Below are positions 1-8,468 of a stretch of DNA of 64,000 nucleotides, one piece after another (position 1 is the first letter of the stretch; every line of letters starts with the position of its first letter). The translations under genes were made by a program, and so were the position numbers. Origin of the DNA: Pedosphaera sp. (GTDB lineage Bacteria > Verrucomicrobiota > Verrucomicrobiia > Limisphaerales > DSYF01); NCBI GenBank assembly GCA_017853715.1, contig JAFMIZ010000004.1, positions 2,920-66,919 on the forward strand, given 5' to 3'. The notes beneath the pieces are model-generated. The model had not been told where the DNA came from, did not search any database, and saw only the letters and a program-made list of their open reading frames with translations.

Positions 1-756
1 CCGGATGAAGCTGGATTTCCGGGAGTGATCGAGGACGAACTCGACAACTCCGCCGGGGTCACCGTGTCGCTCCGGCACTCGTTCAAAACCATCTTCACGC
101 ACCCACTGGTGTGGTTCTATGCCTGCGCTTATGCCTGCACCGGCGCGGTGCGGACAAGCTCCGATCAACTGGCCATCCTCTATTTTCAGGACCAGCTGGG
201 CATGGACATGAAAAAGAATATCCCCGCCATGGTCGCGTGGACTTTGGCGGCCATGCCCATGGCGGCGGTCGTCGGATCGCTGACTTCAGGCTGGGTATCG
301 GACAAGTTCTTTCGGGGACATCGTTCGCCGGTCGCCATGTCGCTCTATTTCCTCGAGGCTGCGGTGATCAGCATTTCAGCGATCTTGTTGATGCGCGGGC
401 TGGTAGGGCCGACGCCGGCCGGCATTTTGGTGGGGTGCAGCGTCCTCATCATGATTGCACTGACGGCGAACTCAACCCATTCCATAGTCGGTGCGGCGGC
501 TCCGATGGACATCGGTGGTAAGAAAATGGCGGGATTCGCTGCCGGCGTGATTGACTCGTTTCAATACTATGGGGGCGCACTTTCGCTCTTCATGACCGGC
601 CGCATTCTCGACGCAACAAAAGCCCAACATGGCTGGCTTTATTGGTATGTCATCATGGCTGGGTTCGGTGTCCTGGGCGGAGTAGCGATGCTTCTGGTGA
701 CTCTCAAGCAACAGCGCATGACCGAGCAGGCCCCCGCAAAAAGCACTACGACCTGA
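1..756 (+). CDS. MFS-type transporter, C-terminal part (5' end cut by window edge)
   Basis: Frame 1 is open from nt 1. There are multiple hydrophobic TM-like segments with short charged loops. Family-level call only. Confidence 0.6.
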   Translation, partial: PDEAGFPGVIEDELDNSAGVTVSLRHSFKTIFTHPLVWFYACAYACTGAVRTSSDQLAILYFQDQLGMDMKKNIPAMVAWTLAAMPMAAVVGSLTSGWVSDKFFRGHRSPVAMSLYFLEAAVISISAILLMRGLVGPTPAGILVGCSVLIMIALTANSTHSIVGAAAPMDIGGKKMAGFAAGVIDSFQYYGGALSLFMTGRILDATKAQHGWLYWYVIMAGFGVLGGVAMLLVTLKQQRMTEQAPAKSTTT

Positions 757-1240
757 CCGCTGTGCCTTCCGTCGTCAGCAGTCTGCGTTTCCACTCAAGT
801 CCGCCGCTGAAGCCGCCGATTTTCCCGTTCGCCGCCAGCACGCGGTGGCAGGGGATAAGCAGGGGAACGGGGTTGGTCCCACACGCACCGCCGACGGCGC
901 GCACCGCTTTGGGTTTGCTGATGGCTTTTGCTATCTCTGAGTAGCTGCGCGTTTCTCCAGCGGGAATCCACAGCAATTCCTCCCATACCCTCTGCTGAAA
1001 AGATGTTCCCGACGACAGATCCAGCGGCGGCAACTCCGTTGCGGCCTTGCCCGCCACAACAGCTTTGACCGCGCGTGTCGTGGTCGTGTACCAGGCGCGA
1101 ATGGCTGCAGTAACCTTCGGCGTGATGATTCGTGTAGAGTGCGACTTCGGGAAATCCAGCGCGGCCAGTCCCGCCTCGCTGTAGTGAGCAAGGAACACGC
1201 CTGAGGCTGTCTTGATCGGCAGGGAGATCAGGTTGCTCAT
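746..1240 (-). CDS. ogt: Methylated-DNA--protein-cysteine methyltransferase (Ogt/Ada C-terminal family)
   Basis: Active-site motif IPCHRVLAANGKIGGFSGG. The length fits Ogt. It has an 11-nt convergent overlap with the MFS gene. Confidence 0.85.
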   Translation of the reverse strand: MSNLISLPIKTASGVFLAHYSEAGLAALDFPKSHSTRIITPKVTAAIRAWYTTTTRAVKAVVAGKAATELPPLDLSSGTSFQQRVWEELLWIPAGETRSYSEIAKAISKPKAVRAVGGACGTNPVPLLIPCHRVLAANGKIGGFSGGLEWKRRLLTTEGTAVRS

Positions 1241-1250
1241 GGGGTTTGAT

Positions 1251-1763
1251 TCAACGTCCGCGCAGAAACACGGCCAGCAACCCTAATAGAACCAGCAGGA
1301 GGATGATTACCAGCCCGAGAAAGCGATTGCGGGCAATCCGCTTTTCGCGCCGCAGCGGACGCATCCCCTGGATGCCGCCTGCAGCGAGGTAGCTCACCAG
1401 CTTGGGATTGCTTGTGGTCGGGCCCCGGAACAAATCGCGCAGCCGTTGGATGAGCGCCGGCAGGTCAAATTTCCGCGCGCCAAATTCGTTGTAATGCTCT
1501 GGCGAACTCGTGGTATCCACCGGCTTCATCAAGCGCTTCGTGTCCACCTTTTCGAAGACGGGGGCTACGGGCGCGGCCGGAACGTCCCTGCGCGGCGGTG
1601 GGGTCTGACGCGGGGTGGCGGTGGAACGAAACTTCCCACCGACGGACGGTGGATCCATCTGCGACTCGTATTTCTTGATTTTGGATTCCAGCGCCGCGAT
1701 TTCGCTGTTCAGGGCGCGGGCACGCTCCGAAATCGGATCGGCCTTTTTCTTGAACCAGGCCAT
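1251..1763 (-). CDS. Hypothetical tail-anchored coiled-coil membrane protein
   Basis: N-terminal heptad-like stretch (ERARALNSEIAALESKIKKYE), a Pro-rich middle, and one C-terminal TM (LGLVIILLLVLLGLLAVFL). No recognisable domain. Confidence 0.5.
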   Translation of the reverse strand: MAWFKKKADPISERARALNSEIAALESKIKKYESQMDPPSVGGKFRSTATPRQTPPPRRDVPAAPVAPVFEKVDTKRLMKPVDTTSSPEHYNEFGARKFDLPALIQRLRDLFRGPTTSNPKLVSYLAAGGIQGMRPLRREKRIARNRFLGLVIILLLVLLGLLAVFLRGR

Positions 1764-1776
1764 GCGCTGACGCGGC

Positions 1777-2448
1777 TCAGTGCCGCAAGACGAGGAAGAC
1801 CATCAACCCCAGCGCCAGCAACGCCACCAGAGCGAGCGGCCAAGTCAGCGCCAGGCCCACCTTGCACAACTGGCCAAGGCTCATCTCTTGGAGAGCGGAA
1901 CTAGGTGCTCCCTTTGGCAAAGTGGGTTGGGCACCTCCGGTAGGCTGACCGCTCAGCAGCGGAAAGCGAAGGCGCGCAGCGTTCCATTCCATCCGGGCGT
2001 TTTCCACGCACGCCAGCGCGCGGGAGAGTTCCGTGTTAAAGGAATCATGGTTCCACGCCTCTTCGTCGATGGATTGAAGACCGGTGAGCACCGTTTGAAA
2101 CTCACCGACAACAAGTTTCATCTGCTCGGCATCTTGGCGTGCGGTGAATTCAGCCTTCTCAAGCAGAGTTAATCCACGGGCAAGGTGCTGCATCATCTCG
2201 GCCCGACCGGTTTGGAACTCGGCTTGGCGGCGGCGGGTCTCTTCGAGGTTGGCGCGCTCGCGTTCCAGTTCCTCTTGAGCGCGCTTCAGTTCGGCCAGTT
2301 TCTGTTGCGCTTCGGACACCTTGAGGTCCACTTCCTCGCGCGTAGGGGCACGGGGGGAGAGACTGGAGAAGCCGGACGCCGGCATGGGCGCTTTATGTGC
2401 CTGAAAATCCGCATCAACAAACTCGGTGGTATCGTAATTCGAAGCCAT
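1777..2448 (-). CDS. Hypothetical tail-anchored coiled-coil membrane protein
   Basis: Long coiled-coil segment (KVSEAQQKLAELKRAQEELERERANLEETRRRQ) and a C-terminal TM. I chose the ATG at 2448. The track ORF extends to a TTG at 2514. Confidence 0.5.
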   Translation of the reverse strand: MASNYDTTEFVDADFQAHKAPMPASGFSSLSPRAPTREEVDLKVSEAQQKLAELKRAQEELERERANLEETRRRQAEFQTGRAEMMQHLARGLTLLEKAEFTARQDAEQMKLVVGEFQTVLTGLQSIDEEAWNHDSFNTELSRALACVENARMEWNAARLRFPLLSGQPTGGAQPTLPKGAPSSALQEMSLGQLCKVGLALTWPLALVALLALGLMVFLVLRH

Positions 2449-2585
2449 CGCACGAGCATAGACCCCGCTCCGGCTGGTGTAAAGCGAGGCTTGAACTGTG
2501 GTGCGAGGTGCCAAAGTAATGGTGCCTGCCTTCCACTTTGCGGTTTCCGGTGCGGGCGGTTTTCAGCTACAAACTGCGACCGGCG

Positions 2586-5500
2586 ATGAACGACCCGCGC
2601 CTTCATGAACTCCGCCAACTGCTCCCGCAGGCGATGTTGCCTGACTGGGTGCGGCTGGGGCTGCGCGCGAACCGCTTGTTCCGCGACCGCTTGCATCCCG
2701 ATAAGCACGAGGCCGTCCTGAATCGCCTGTTTGAACAGGTTCACGCCTCGATCACGATGCGGCAGCAGCGGGAGCTGAACCGTCCCAGGGTCACTTATCC
2801 GCTAGAGCTGCCCATCGCCGCGCGTAAGGACGAAATCGTTGCCGCCATTCACTCAAATCAAGTCGTAATCATTGCCGGTGAAACGGGTTCCGGCAAGACG
2901 ACGCAGTTGCCCAAGATGTGCCTCGAAGCAGGATTGGGCATCGCAGCGAAGATTGGCTGCACTCAGCCGCGGCGTGTGGCAGCGTTGTCCATCTCGCAGC
3001 GCATCGCGCAAGAGTTGAACGTGACGTGGGGCAAACAGGTCGGTTGCAAGATTCGCTTCGACGATCGCTCCAGCCCAGAGACCTACATAAAACTGATGAC
3101 GGACGGCATCCTGCTTGCGGAGGCTCAGGGTGACCCACAATTGAGCGACTACGATTGCATCATCATTGATGAAGCGCACGAGCGCAGTCTGAACATTGAT
3201 TTCCTGCTTGGGCTGTTGAAGGACCTGCTCGCACGCCGCCCAGACCTCAAGCTGGTTGTCACCTCCGCGACCATTGATACGCAGGCGTTCTCGCGTCATT
3301 TCAACGACGCACCCATCATCGAAGTTTCGGGACGAATGTATCCGGTCGAAGTGATGTATCGCCCGTTGACCTCTGAATCAGAAGTATGCGAGGACGTGAA
3401 TTACGTGGATGCGGCCGTGGCAACCACAGAGCAGGTGCTCCACGAATCCAGCTTTGGGGATGTGCTGATCTTCATGCCCGGCGAACGGGACATTCGCGAG
3501 GTGCACGACCAACTGGAAGGCCGCTTTGCCAACGACGCTGAAATCATCCCGTTGTTTGGACGGCTCAGTTCAGGTGAACAGCAACGTATCTTTGCGCCCA
3601 GCCAACGCCGCAAGATCGTCATTGCCACCAACATCGCCGAAACGTCGCTCACCATTCCCGGCATCCGCTTCGTGATTGATGCAGGGCTGGCGCGCATCAG
3701 CCGTTACAATCCGCGGACCCGCACGCGACGATTGCCCATCGAGCCGGTGTCGCAAAGCAGCGCAAACCAACGCAAGGGCAGGGCGGGGCGCGTGCAGGAT
3801 GGCACGTGCATCCGGCTTTACTCGGAGGAAGATTACAACGCGCGGCCGGCCTTTACCCAGCCTGAGATTCAACGCTCCAATCTCGCCGAGGTCATCCTGC
3901 GCATGAAGGCGTTTCGCTTGGGCGACATCGAAAGCTTTCCGTTCCTGCAACCACCCACACCCGCAGCCATCGCTAGCGGCTACAAGCTGCTGCAGGAACT
4001 GGGCGCGCTCGATGAGGTGCGCAATTTGACGCTGCTGGGCCGCGACCTCGCGCGCTTACCGATCGACCCGACGCTGGGGCGGATGTTGTTGCAATCGCAA
4101 CGCGAACATGCCACCCGCGAACTGCTGATCATCGCAGCGGGCCTCAGCATTCAAGACCCGCGCGAACGTCCCCTTGATCAGAAGGAATCGGCGGCGGCGG
4201 CGCACAAGCAGTTTGCTGACCCGAAATCGGACTTCCTCGCGTTGCTCAACATTTGGAATGCAGTTCACGACCAGTGGGAAAGGCTCCGCACACAGAACCA
4301 GCGTCGAAAATTCTGCCAGCAGCATTTTCTGTCTTATCTCCGCATGCGCGAATGGCAGGACCTGCACGCGCAGCTACAGGATGCACTGGAGGATTTGGGA
4401 ACGCTTAAACTCAACGAAAGCAACGCGGTCTATGAAGCCATCCATCGCTCCATCTTGTCCGGCTTGATCGGGCACGTCGCGCATCGCGAGGAGCGCAACA
4501 CTTACAAGGCTGCCGGCAATCGCCTCGCCACGGTGTTTCCGGGTTCGGCCCTTTACGAGCGCATGGAGAGGTCGACCAAAGGGCGTGGTCCAACGCCCCC
4601 GAAGCACCCAACGCCGAAACTCAAGTCCAGCCAGCCGGAATGGATTGTGGCGGGCGAAATTGTGGAGACGTCGCAACTGTTCGCGCGGACAGTTGCGGGT
4701 ATCGAACCGCAATGGATTTATGAACTCGCACCTCACTGTTGCAAAGTGACACATCAGAACCCGCACTGGAACGTGAGCAAGGGGCGCGTGTTGATTGACG
4801 AGATTGTGACGTTACAGGGCTTGGAGGTGTTCCGGCACAAAGTGGCTTACGGCAACCTGAACCCCAAAGAGGCCACAGGCATTTTCATCCGCTCGGCATT
4901 GGTCGAAGAGGACATTCTGCCCGGCAGGAGCCGACGTGAGGAGGCTCATGAGGAGAGCGCTGAAGGCGGAGCCCGGAACGCAAAGCACCAATTGCGCCTT
5001 CTGGCGGCGGCTCCTGCCAAGGAAAAGGAGCTCCCAGCGCAATATCGCTTCATGGCGCACAATCGTGCCGTGCGGCAGAAAATCGAGAATCTTCAGACCA
5101 GGGCGCGGCATCACGGGATGATTGATCTCGATCAGGCGCTCTGTGAGTTCTACGCCGCGCGCTTTGATGGGATTTCCTCGCTTGATGAGCTGAACCGCTT
5201 TTTGAGTGATCATACCGATCAAAGGTTTTTGTTTGCCAGCGAAGCTGATCTCTTGGGAGACCTGAAGCTGGAGTTCGATTCCGATGCCTTTCCTGATGCG
5301 GTCCAACTCGCAGAGCAGCCCCTTTCGGTGCGCTATGCCTACGCCCCGGGTGAGGAGTGGGACGGCGTCACGGTGCAGATGCCCGTCGAACTTGCGCAAT
5401 CGCTCTCTGCCGCGCAGATTGACTGGGCTGTACCCGGATTGCGCGCACAACAGGTGGGCGAATTGTTGCGCTCATTGCCCAAGGCCTTGCGGCGGGAACT

Positions 5501-6800
5501 GCAGCCGCTCGAACCCAAGATTGCGGAGATTATCCGCGAACTACAGCCGGCTGCGGGACGATTGACGGAGGAGATTGGTCGCTTCGTTTTCCACCGTTAC
5601 GGCATCGAGATTCCGGCAACGGCGTGGCGTGAAGACGAAGTGCCCGCGCATCTGCGTCCGCGAGTTGAGGTGGTGACGGCGAACCAAAAGCCCGTGGCGG
5701 CTGGGCGCGATTTGGAGAAACTGCGCGCGCAATTGAAGCAGGTTGAATCCGCGCCCTCGACAGGCTCCGCAGAATGGCGTCGCGCCGCTGCACGATGGGA
5801 GCGCATCGCCATCACGGGTTGGACCTTTGGCGATCTGCCCGAAAAGATTGTCGTCAGCGGGGAACCCCTCACCCGACCTTCAGCCAACCTCTCCCCATCC
5901 AATGGGGAGAGGGACGGGGTGGGGGGCTGTTCGGAGAGTTCGCGTGCGCCTATCTACGCCTGGCCAGGCATCGCTTTGGAAGGCGACCATGTCAGCGTGC
6001 GACTGTTTCGCAGTCTGGATTTGGCGCGGACGGCTAGTGTCGCCGGCTTGGCCAAGTTGATTGAGTTGGCGTTGCAAAAGGATCTGGCGTGGCTGCACAA
6101 GGATTTGCGTTCGCTCGTTCAACTCAATGACCTCTACGCCCCGATTGGTTCCACTGATGAGTTGATGGAGTCCGCCGCCGAGCATGTGAAAGGATACCTC
6201 TTTCCAATGGAGCCGCCGGTTACGCTTACGGCGGCAGCGTTCAACGCGGCAGTGGCCCAAACGCGCGAGCGCATGGTTGGACTTGTGCCAAGGCTGTCCA
6301 ATCAACTCAAAGTGATTCTACAGCTGCGCCAGCAGGTGGCGGTAAATCTGGGTGGGACAGCGCCGGTCGCTGGAAACCGCTCACGCACGTTCACGGACTT
6401 AAGCCAGTTGGGTCAGATGAGGAGCCTGGTCAAAGGGCATCCACTGGTATCGGAACTCGATTGGTTGTTGCCGCCGCGATTCTTGGAGCAAGTCCCCTTC
6501 GAGTGCTTGTTGCACTTGCCTCGTTACCTCAAGGCTCTGCTCATGCGCGTCGAGCGGGCGAAGCTGAATCCGGTAAAGGATCAGGAACGTGCGCGGCAGT
6601 TGGCACCGTTTCAGGAAGCGGTCATGAAGTTTGAGGCGAATCCGCCGCAAACCGCCGCAGGTCGACGTGCCGCCGAGGAGTTCCGCTGGTTGGTGGAAGA
6701 ATTCAAAATCTCCCTCTTCGCACAAGAGCAGGGAACTGCCGTACCCGTTTCGGCGAAACGTTTGGAGGAAAAGTTGCGGCAATTGCAGGGAGTGGGTTGA
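2586..6800 (+). CDS. hrpA: ATP-dependent RNA helicase HrpA (DEAH-box)
   Basis: Motifs GETGSGKTTQLP, DEAHERS, SATID, TNIAETSLTIPG and QRKGRAGR, plus a long HrpA-type C-terminal region. I chose the ATG at 2586 (MNDPRLHEL). It carries two apparent in-frame repeat insertions (see findings). Confidence 0.9.
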   Translation: MNDPRLHELRQLLPQAMLPDWVRLGLRANRLFRDRLHPDKHEAVLNRLFEQVHASITMRQQRELNRPRVTYPLELPIAARKDEIVAAIHSNQVVIIAGETGSGKTTQLPKMCLEAGLGIAAKIGCTQPRRVAALSISQRIAQELNVTWGKQVGCKIRFDDRSSPETYIKLMTDGILLAEAQGDPQLSDYDCIIIDEAHERSLNIDFLLGLLKDLLARRPDLKLVVTSATIDTQAFSRHFNDAPIIEVSGRMYPVEVMYRPLTSESEVCEDVNYVDAAVATTEQVLHESSFGDVLIFMPGERDIREVHDQLEGRFANDAEIIPLFGRLSSGEQQRIFAPSQRRKIVIATNIAETSLTIPGIRFVIDAGLARISRYNPRTRTRRLPIEPVSQSSANQRKGRAGRVQDGTCIRLYSEEDYNARPAFTQPEIQRSNLAEVILRMKAFRLGDIESFPFLQPPTPAAIASGYKLLQELGALDEVRNLTLLGRDLARLPIDPTLGRMLLQSQREHATRELLIIAAGLSIQDPRERPLDQKESAAAAHKQFADPKSDFLALLNIWNAVHDQWERLRTQNQRRKFCQQHFLSYLRMREWQDLHAQLQDALEDLGTLKLNESNAVYEAIHRSILSGLIGHVAHREERNTYKAAGNRLATVFPGSALYERMERSTKGRGPTPPKHPTPKLKSSQPEWIVAGEIVETSQLFARTVAGIEPQWIYELAPHCCKVTHQNPHWNVSKGRVLIDEIVTLQGLEVFRHKVAYGNLNPKEATGIFIRSALVEEDILPGRSRREEAHEESAEGGARNAKHQLRLLAAAPAKEKELPAQYRFMAHNRAVRQKIENLQTRARHHGMIDLDQALCEFYAARFDGISSLDELNRFLSDHTDQRFLFASEADLLGDLKLEFDSDAFPDAVQLAEQPLSVRYAYAPGEEWDGVTVQMPVELAQSLSAAQIDWAVPGLRAQQVGELLRSLPKALRRELQPLEPKIAEIIRELQPAAGRLTEEIGRFVFHRYGIEIPATAWREDEVPAHLRPRVEVVTANQKPVAAGRDLEKLRAQLKQVESAPSTGSAEWRRAAARWERIAITGWTFGDLPEKIVVSGEPLTRPSANLSPSNGERDGVGGCSESSRAPIYAWPGIALEGDHVSVRLFRSLDLARTASVAGLAKLIELALQKDLAWLHKDLRSLVQLNDLYAPIGSTDELMESAAEHVKGYLFPMEPPVTLTAAAFNAAVAQTRERMVGLVPRLSNQLKVILQLRQQVAVNLGGTAPVAGNRSRTFTDLSQLGQMRSLVKGHPLVSELDWLLPPRFLEQVPFECLLHLPRYLKALLMRVERAKLNPVKDQERARQLAPFQEAVMKFEANPPQTAAGRRAAEEFRWLVEEFKISLFAQEQGTAVPVSAKRLEEKLRQLQGVG
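4924..4947 (-). repeat. Dispersed 24-nt motif, copy in reverse orientation (left arm of the inverted pair inside hrpA)
   Basis: GCAGGAGCCGACGTGAGGAGGCTC matches the copy at 46788-46811 at 22 of 24 positions. Confidence 0.8.
4994..5017 (+). repeat. Dispersed 24-nt motif, degenerate forward copy (right arm of the inverted pair inside hrpA)
   Basis: GCGCCTTCTGGCGGCGGCTCCTGC pairs with 4924-4947 at 19 Watson-Crick plus 2 G:U of 24 positions. Confidence 0.7.
5888..5926 (+). repeat. 10-bp-stem hairpin (CCTCTCCCCA/TGGGGAGAGG) overlapping a four-tract G-run inside hrpA
   Basis: Stem 5888-5897 pairs with 5903-5912 around the loop TCCAA. The G-tracts are GGGG AGA GGG AC GGGG T GGGGGG at 5904-5926. 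Confidence 0.75.
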
Positions 6801-6824
6801 TGCGAACTGCATGGGCTCAAACAG

Positions 6825-6860
6825 CAAAAAGGCGAACGGATTGCTCCGTTCGCCTTGAAA
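6825..6860. terminator. Bidirectional intrinsic terminator between hrpA and ahcY
   Basis: The stem GGCGAACGG/CCGTTCGCC (6831-6839 / 6846-6854) has a 6-nt loop. A T-run follows on the minus strand (TTTTTG), and TTGAAAGTTT follows on the plus strand. Confidence 0.7.
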
Positions 6861-6864
6861 GTTT

Positions 6865-6888
6865 GAGCTTCCTCGCGGCGGCTCCTAC
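6865..6888 (+). repeat. Dispersed 24-nt motif, intergenic copy (hrpA/ahcY convergent spacer)
   Basis: GAGCTTCCTCGCGGCGGCTCCTAC matches the copy at 18654 at 21 of 24 positions. Confidence 0.8.
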
Positions 6889-6896
6889 TGTTGTTG

Positions 6897-8438
6897 TTAA
6901 TATCGGTAGTGCTCGGGCTTGTAGGGACCGTCTTGGGGCACGCCGAGGTATTCGGCTTGAGCCTTGGTGAGCTTGGTCAGTACGACGCCGATTTTTTCTA
7001 GATGCAAACGCGCGACCTCTTCGTCGAGCTTCTTGGGCAGGCGATAGACGGTCTTTTCATATTTGTCTTTGTTGATCCAGAGGTCGATCTGCGCAAGTGT
7101 CTGGTTCGTGAAGCTGTTGCTCATCACGAAGCTCGGATGGCCCGTGGCGCACCCGAGATTCACGAGGCGTCCGTCGGCAAGCATGTAGATGCTCTTGCCG
7201 CCGGGCAGCCAGTAACGGTCATACTGCGGCTTGATGTTCTCGATGCGCAGGCCTTTGACTTTCTTCAGGGCATCTACTTGGATCTCGTTGTCGAAGTGGC
7301 CGATGTTGCAGACGATGGCTTGGTCTTTCATCGCGAGCATGTGTTGCACGGTGATGATGTCGCAGTTGCCGGTGGTGGTGACATAGATGTCGCCAACGCC
7401 AAGTGCGCTCTCGATGGTGTTCACTTCAAAACCTTCCATCGCGGCTTGCAGCGCGTTGATGGGGTCGATCTCGGTGACGATGACGCGGGAGCCGTAAGCG
7501 CGTAGCGAGTGGGCACAGCCCTTGCCGACATCGCCGTAACCGCAGACTACCGCAACCTTGCCGGCAAGCATGACGTCGGTGGCGCGCTTGATGCCGTCGG
7601 CCAGCGACTCGCGGCAGCCGTAGAGGTTGTCGAACTTGGACTTTGTGACAGAGTCGTTGACATTGATGGCAGGCACGAGCAGCTTTCCAGCCTCCCTCAT
7701 CTGATAGAGGCGATGCACGCCGGTGGTGGTCTCCTCGGAGACCCCGCGCCAATCTTTGACGATTTTGGTCCAGAGGCCGGGCCTCTCGGTCGCGATGCGG
7801 CGCAACAGTGATTTCACCACGGAAACTTCATGGCTGTCGCCTTTGCTTTCGTAAGCCCACTTCGAACCGTTCTCGAGTTCGTACCCTTTGTGGATGAGCA
7901 GGGTGACGTCACCGCCATCGTCCACGACGAGTTGCGGGCCTTGGTCGCCGGGGAAGAGGATGGCCTTCAGGGTGAGGTCCCAGTATTCCTCGAGCGTTTC
8001 ACCTTTCCACGCGAACACGGGCGTGCCCGTCGCGGCGATGGCGGCGGCGGCGTGGTCTTGCGTGGAGAAGATGTTGCACGAGGCCCAGCGCACGTTGGCA
8101 CCGAGCGCAACGAGCGTCTCGATCAGGACGGCGGTTTGGATGGTCATGTGCAAAGAGCCGGTGATGCGGACGCCCTTCAGCGGCTTCTGCTTGGCGTACT
8201 TGGCGCGCACCGCCATGAGGCCGGGCATTTCGTGTTCGGCAATGGCGATTTCCTTCCGACCCCACTCGGCAAGTGAAATGTCGCGAACGATGTATTCCTT
8301 GCCAGCAGGAGTTTGCGCGGCGTATTGGGCGAAGGTCTCGCTCACCTCTGCGATGACGGCCTTGGCCTTGCCATGGCCGTTACCGAGCGCGGCCTTCAAG
8401 GTCTTCGAACGAGGTGGAGAGAGTTTAATGGTGCTCAT
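6897..8438 (-). CDS. ahcY: Adenosylhomocysteinase
   Basis: [12 protein letters not shown], the NAD-binding [10 protein letters not shown], and C-terminal [10 protein letters not shown]. It has an N-terminal extension of about 40 aa if the ATG at 8438 is used. Confidence 0.95.
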   Translation of the reverse strand: MSTIKLSPPRSKTLKAALGNGHGKAKAVIAEVSETFAQYAAQTPAGKEYIVRDISLAEWGRKEIAIAEHEMPGLMAVRAKYAKQKPLKGVRITGSLHMTIQTAVLIETLVALGANVRWASCNIFSTQDHAAAAIAATGTPVFAWKGETLEEYWDLTLKAILFPGDQGPQLVVDDGGDVTLLIHKGYELENGSKWAYESKGDSHEVSVVKSLLRRIATERPGLWTKIVKDWRGVSEETTTGVHRLYQMREAGKLLVPAINVNDSVTKSKFDNLYGCRESLADGIKRATDVMLAGKVAVVCGYGDVGKGCAHSLRAYGSRVIVTEIDPINALQAAMEGFEVNTIESALGVGDIYVTTTGNCDIITVQHMLAMKDQAIVCNIGHFDNEIQVDALKKVKGLRIENIKPQYDRYWLPGGKSIYMLADGRLVNLGCATGHPSFVMSNSFTNQTLAQIDLWINKDKYEKTVYRLPKKLDEEVARLHLEKIGVVLTKLTKAQAEYLGVPQDGPYKPEHYRY

Positions 8439-8468
8439 GTGAATCAGGATTGTGTATTTTGTGTTGCG

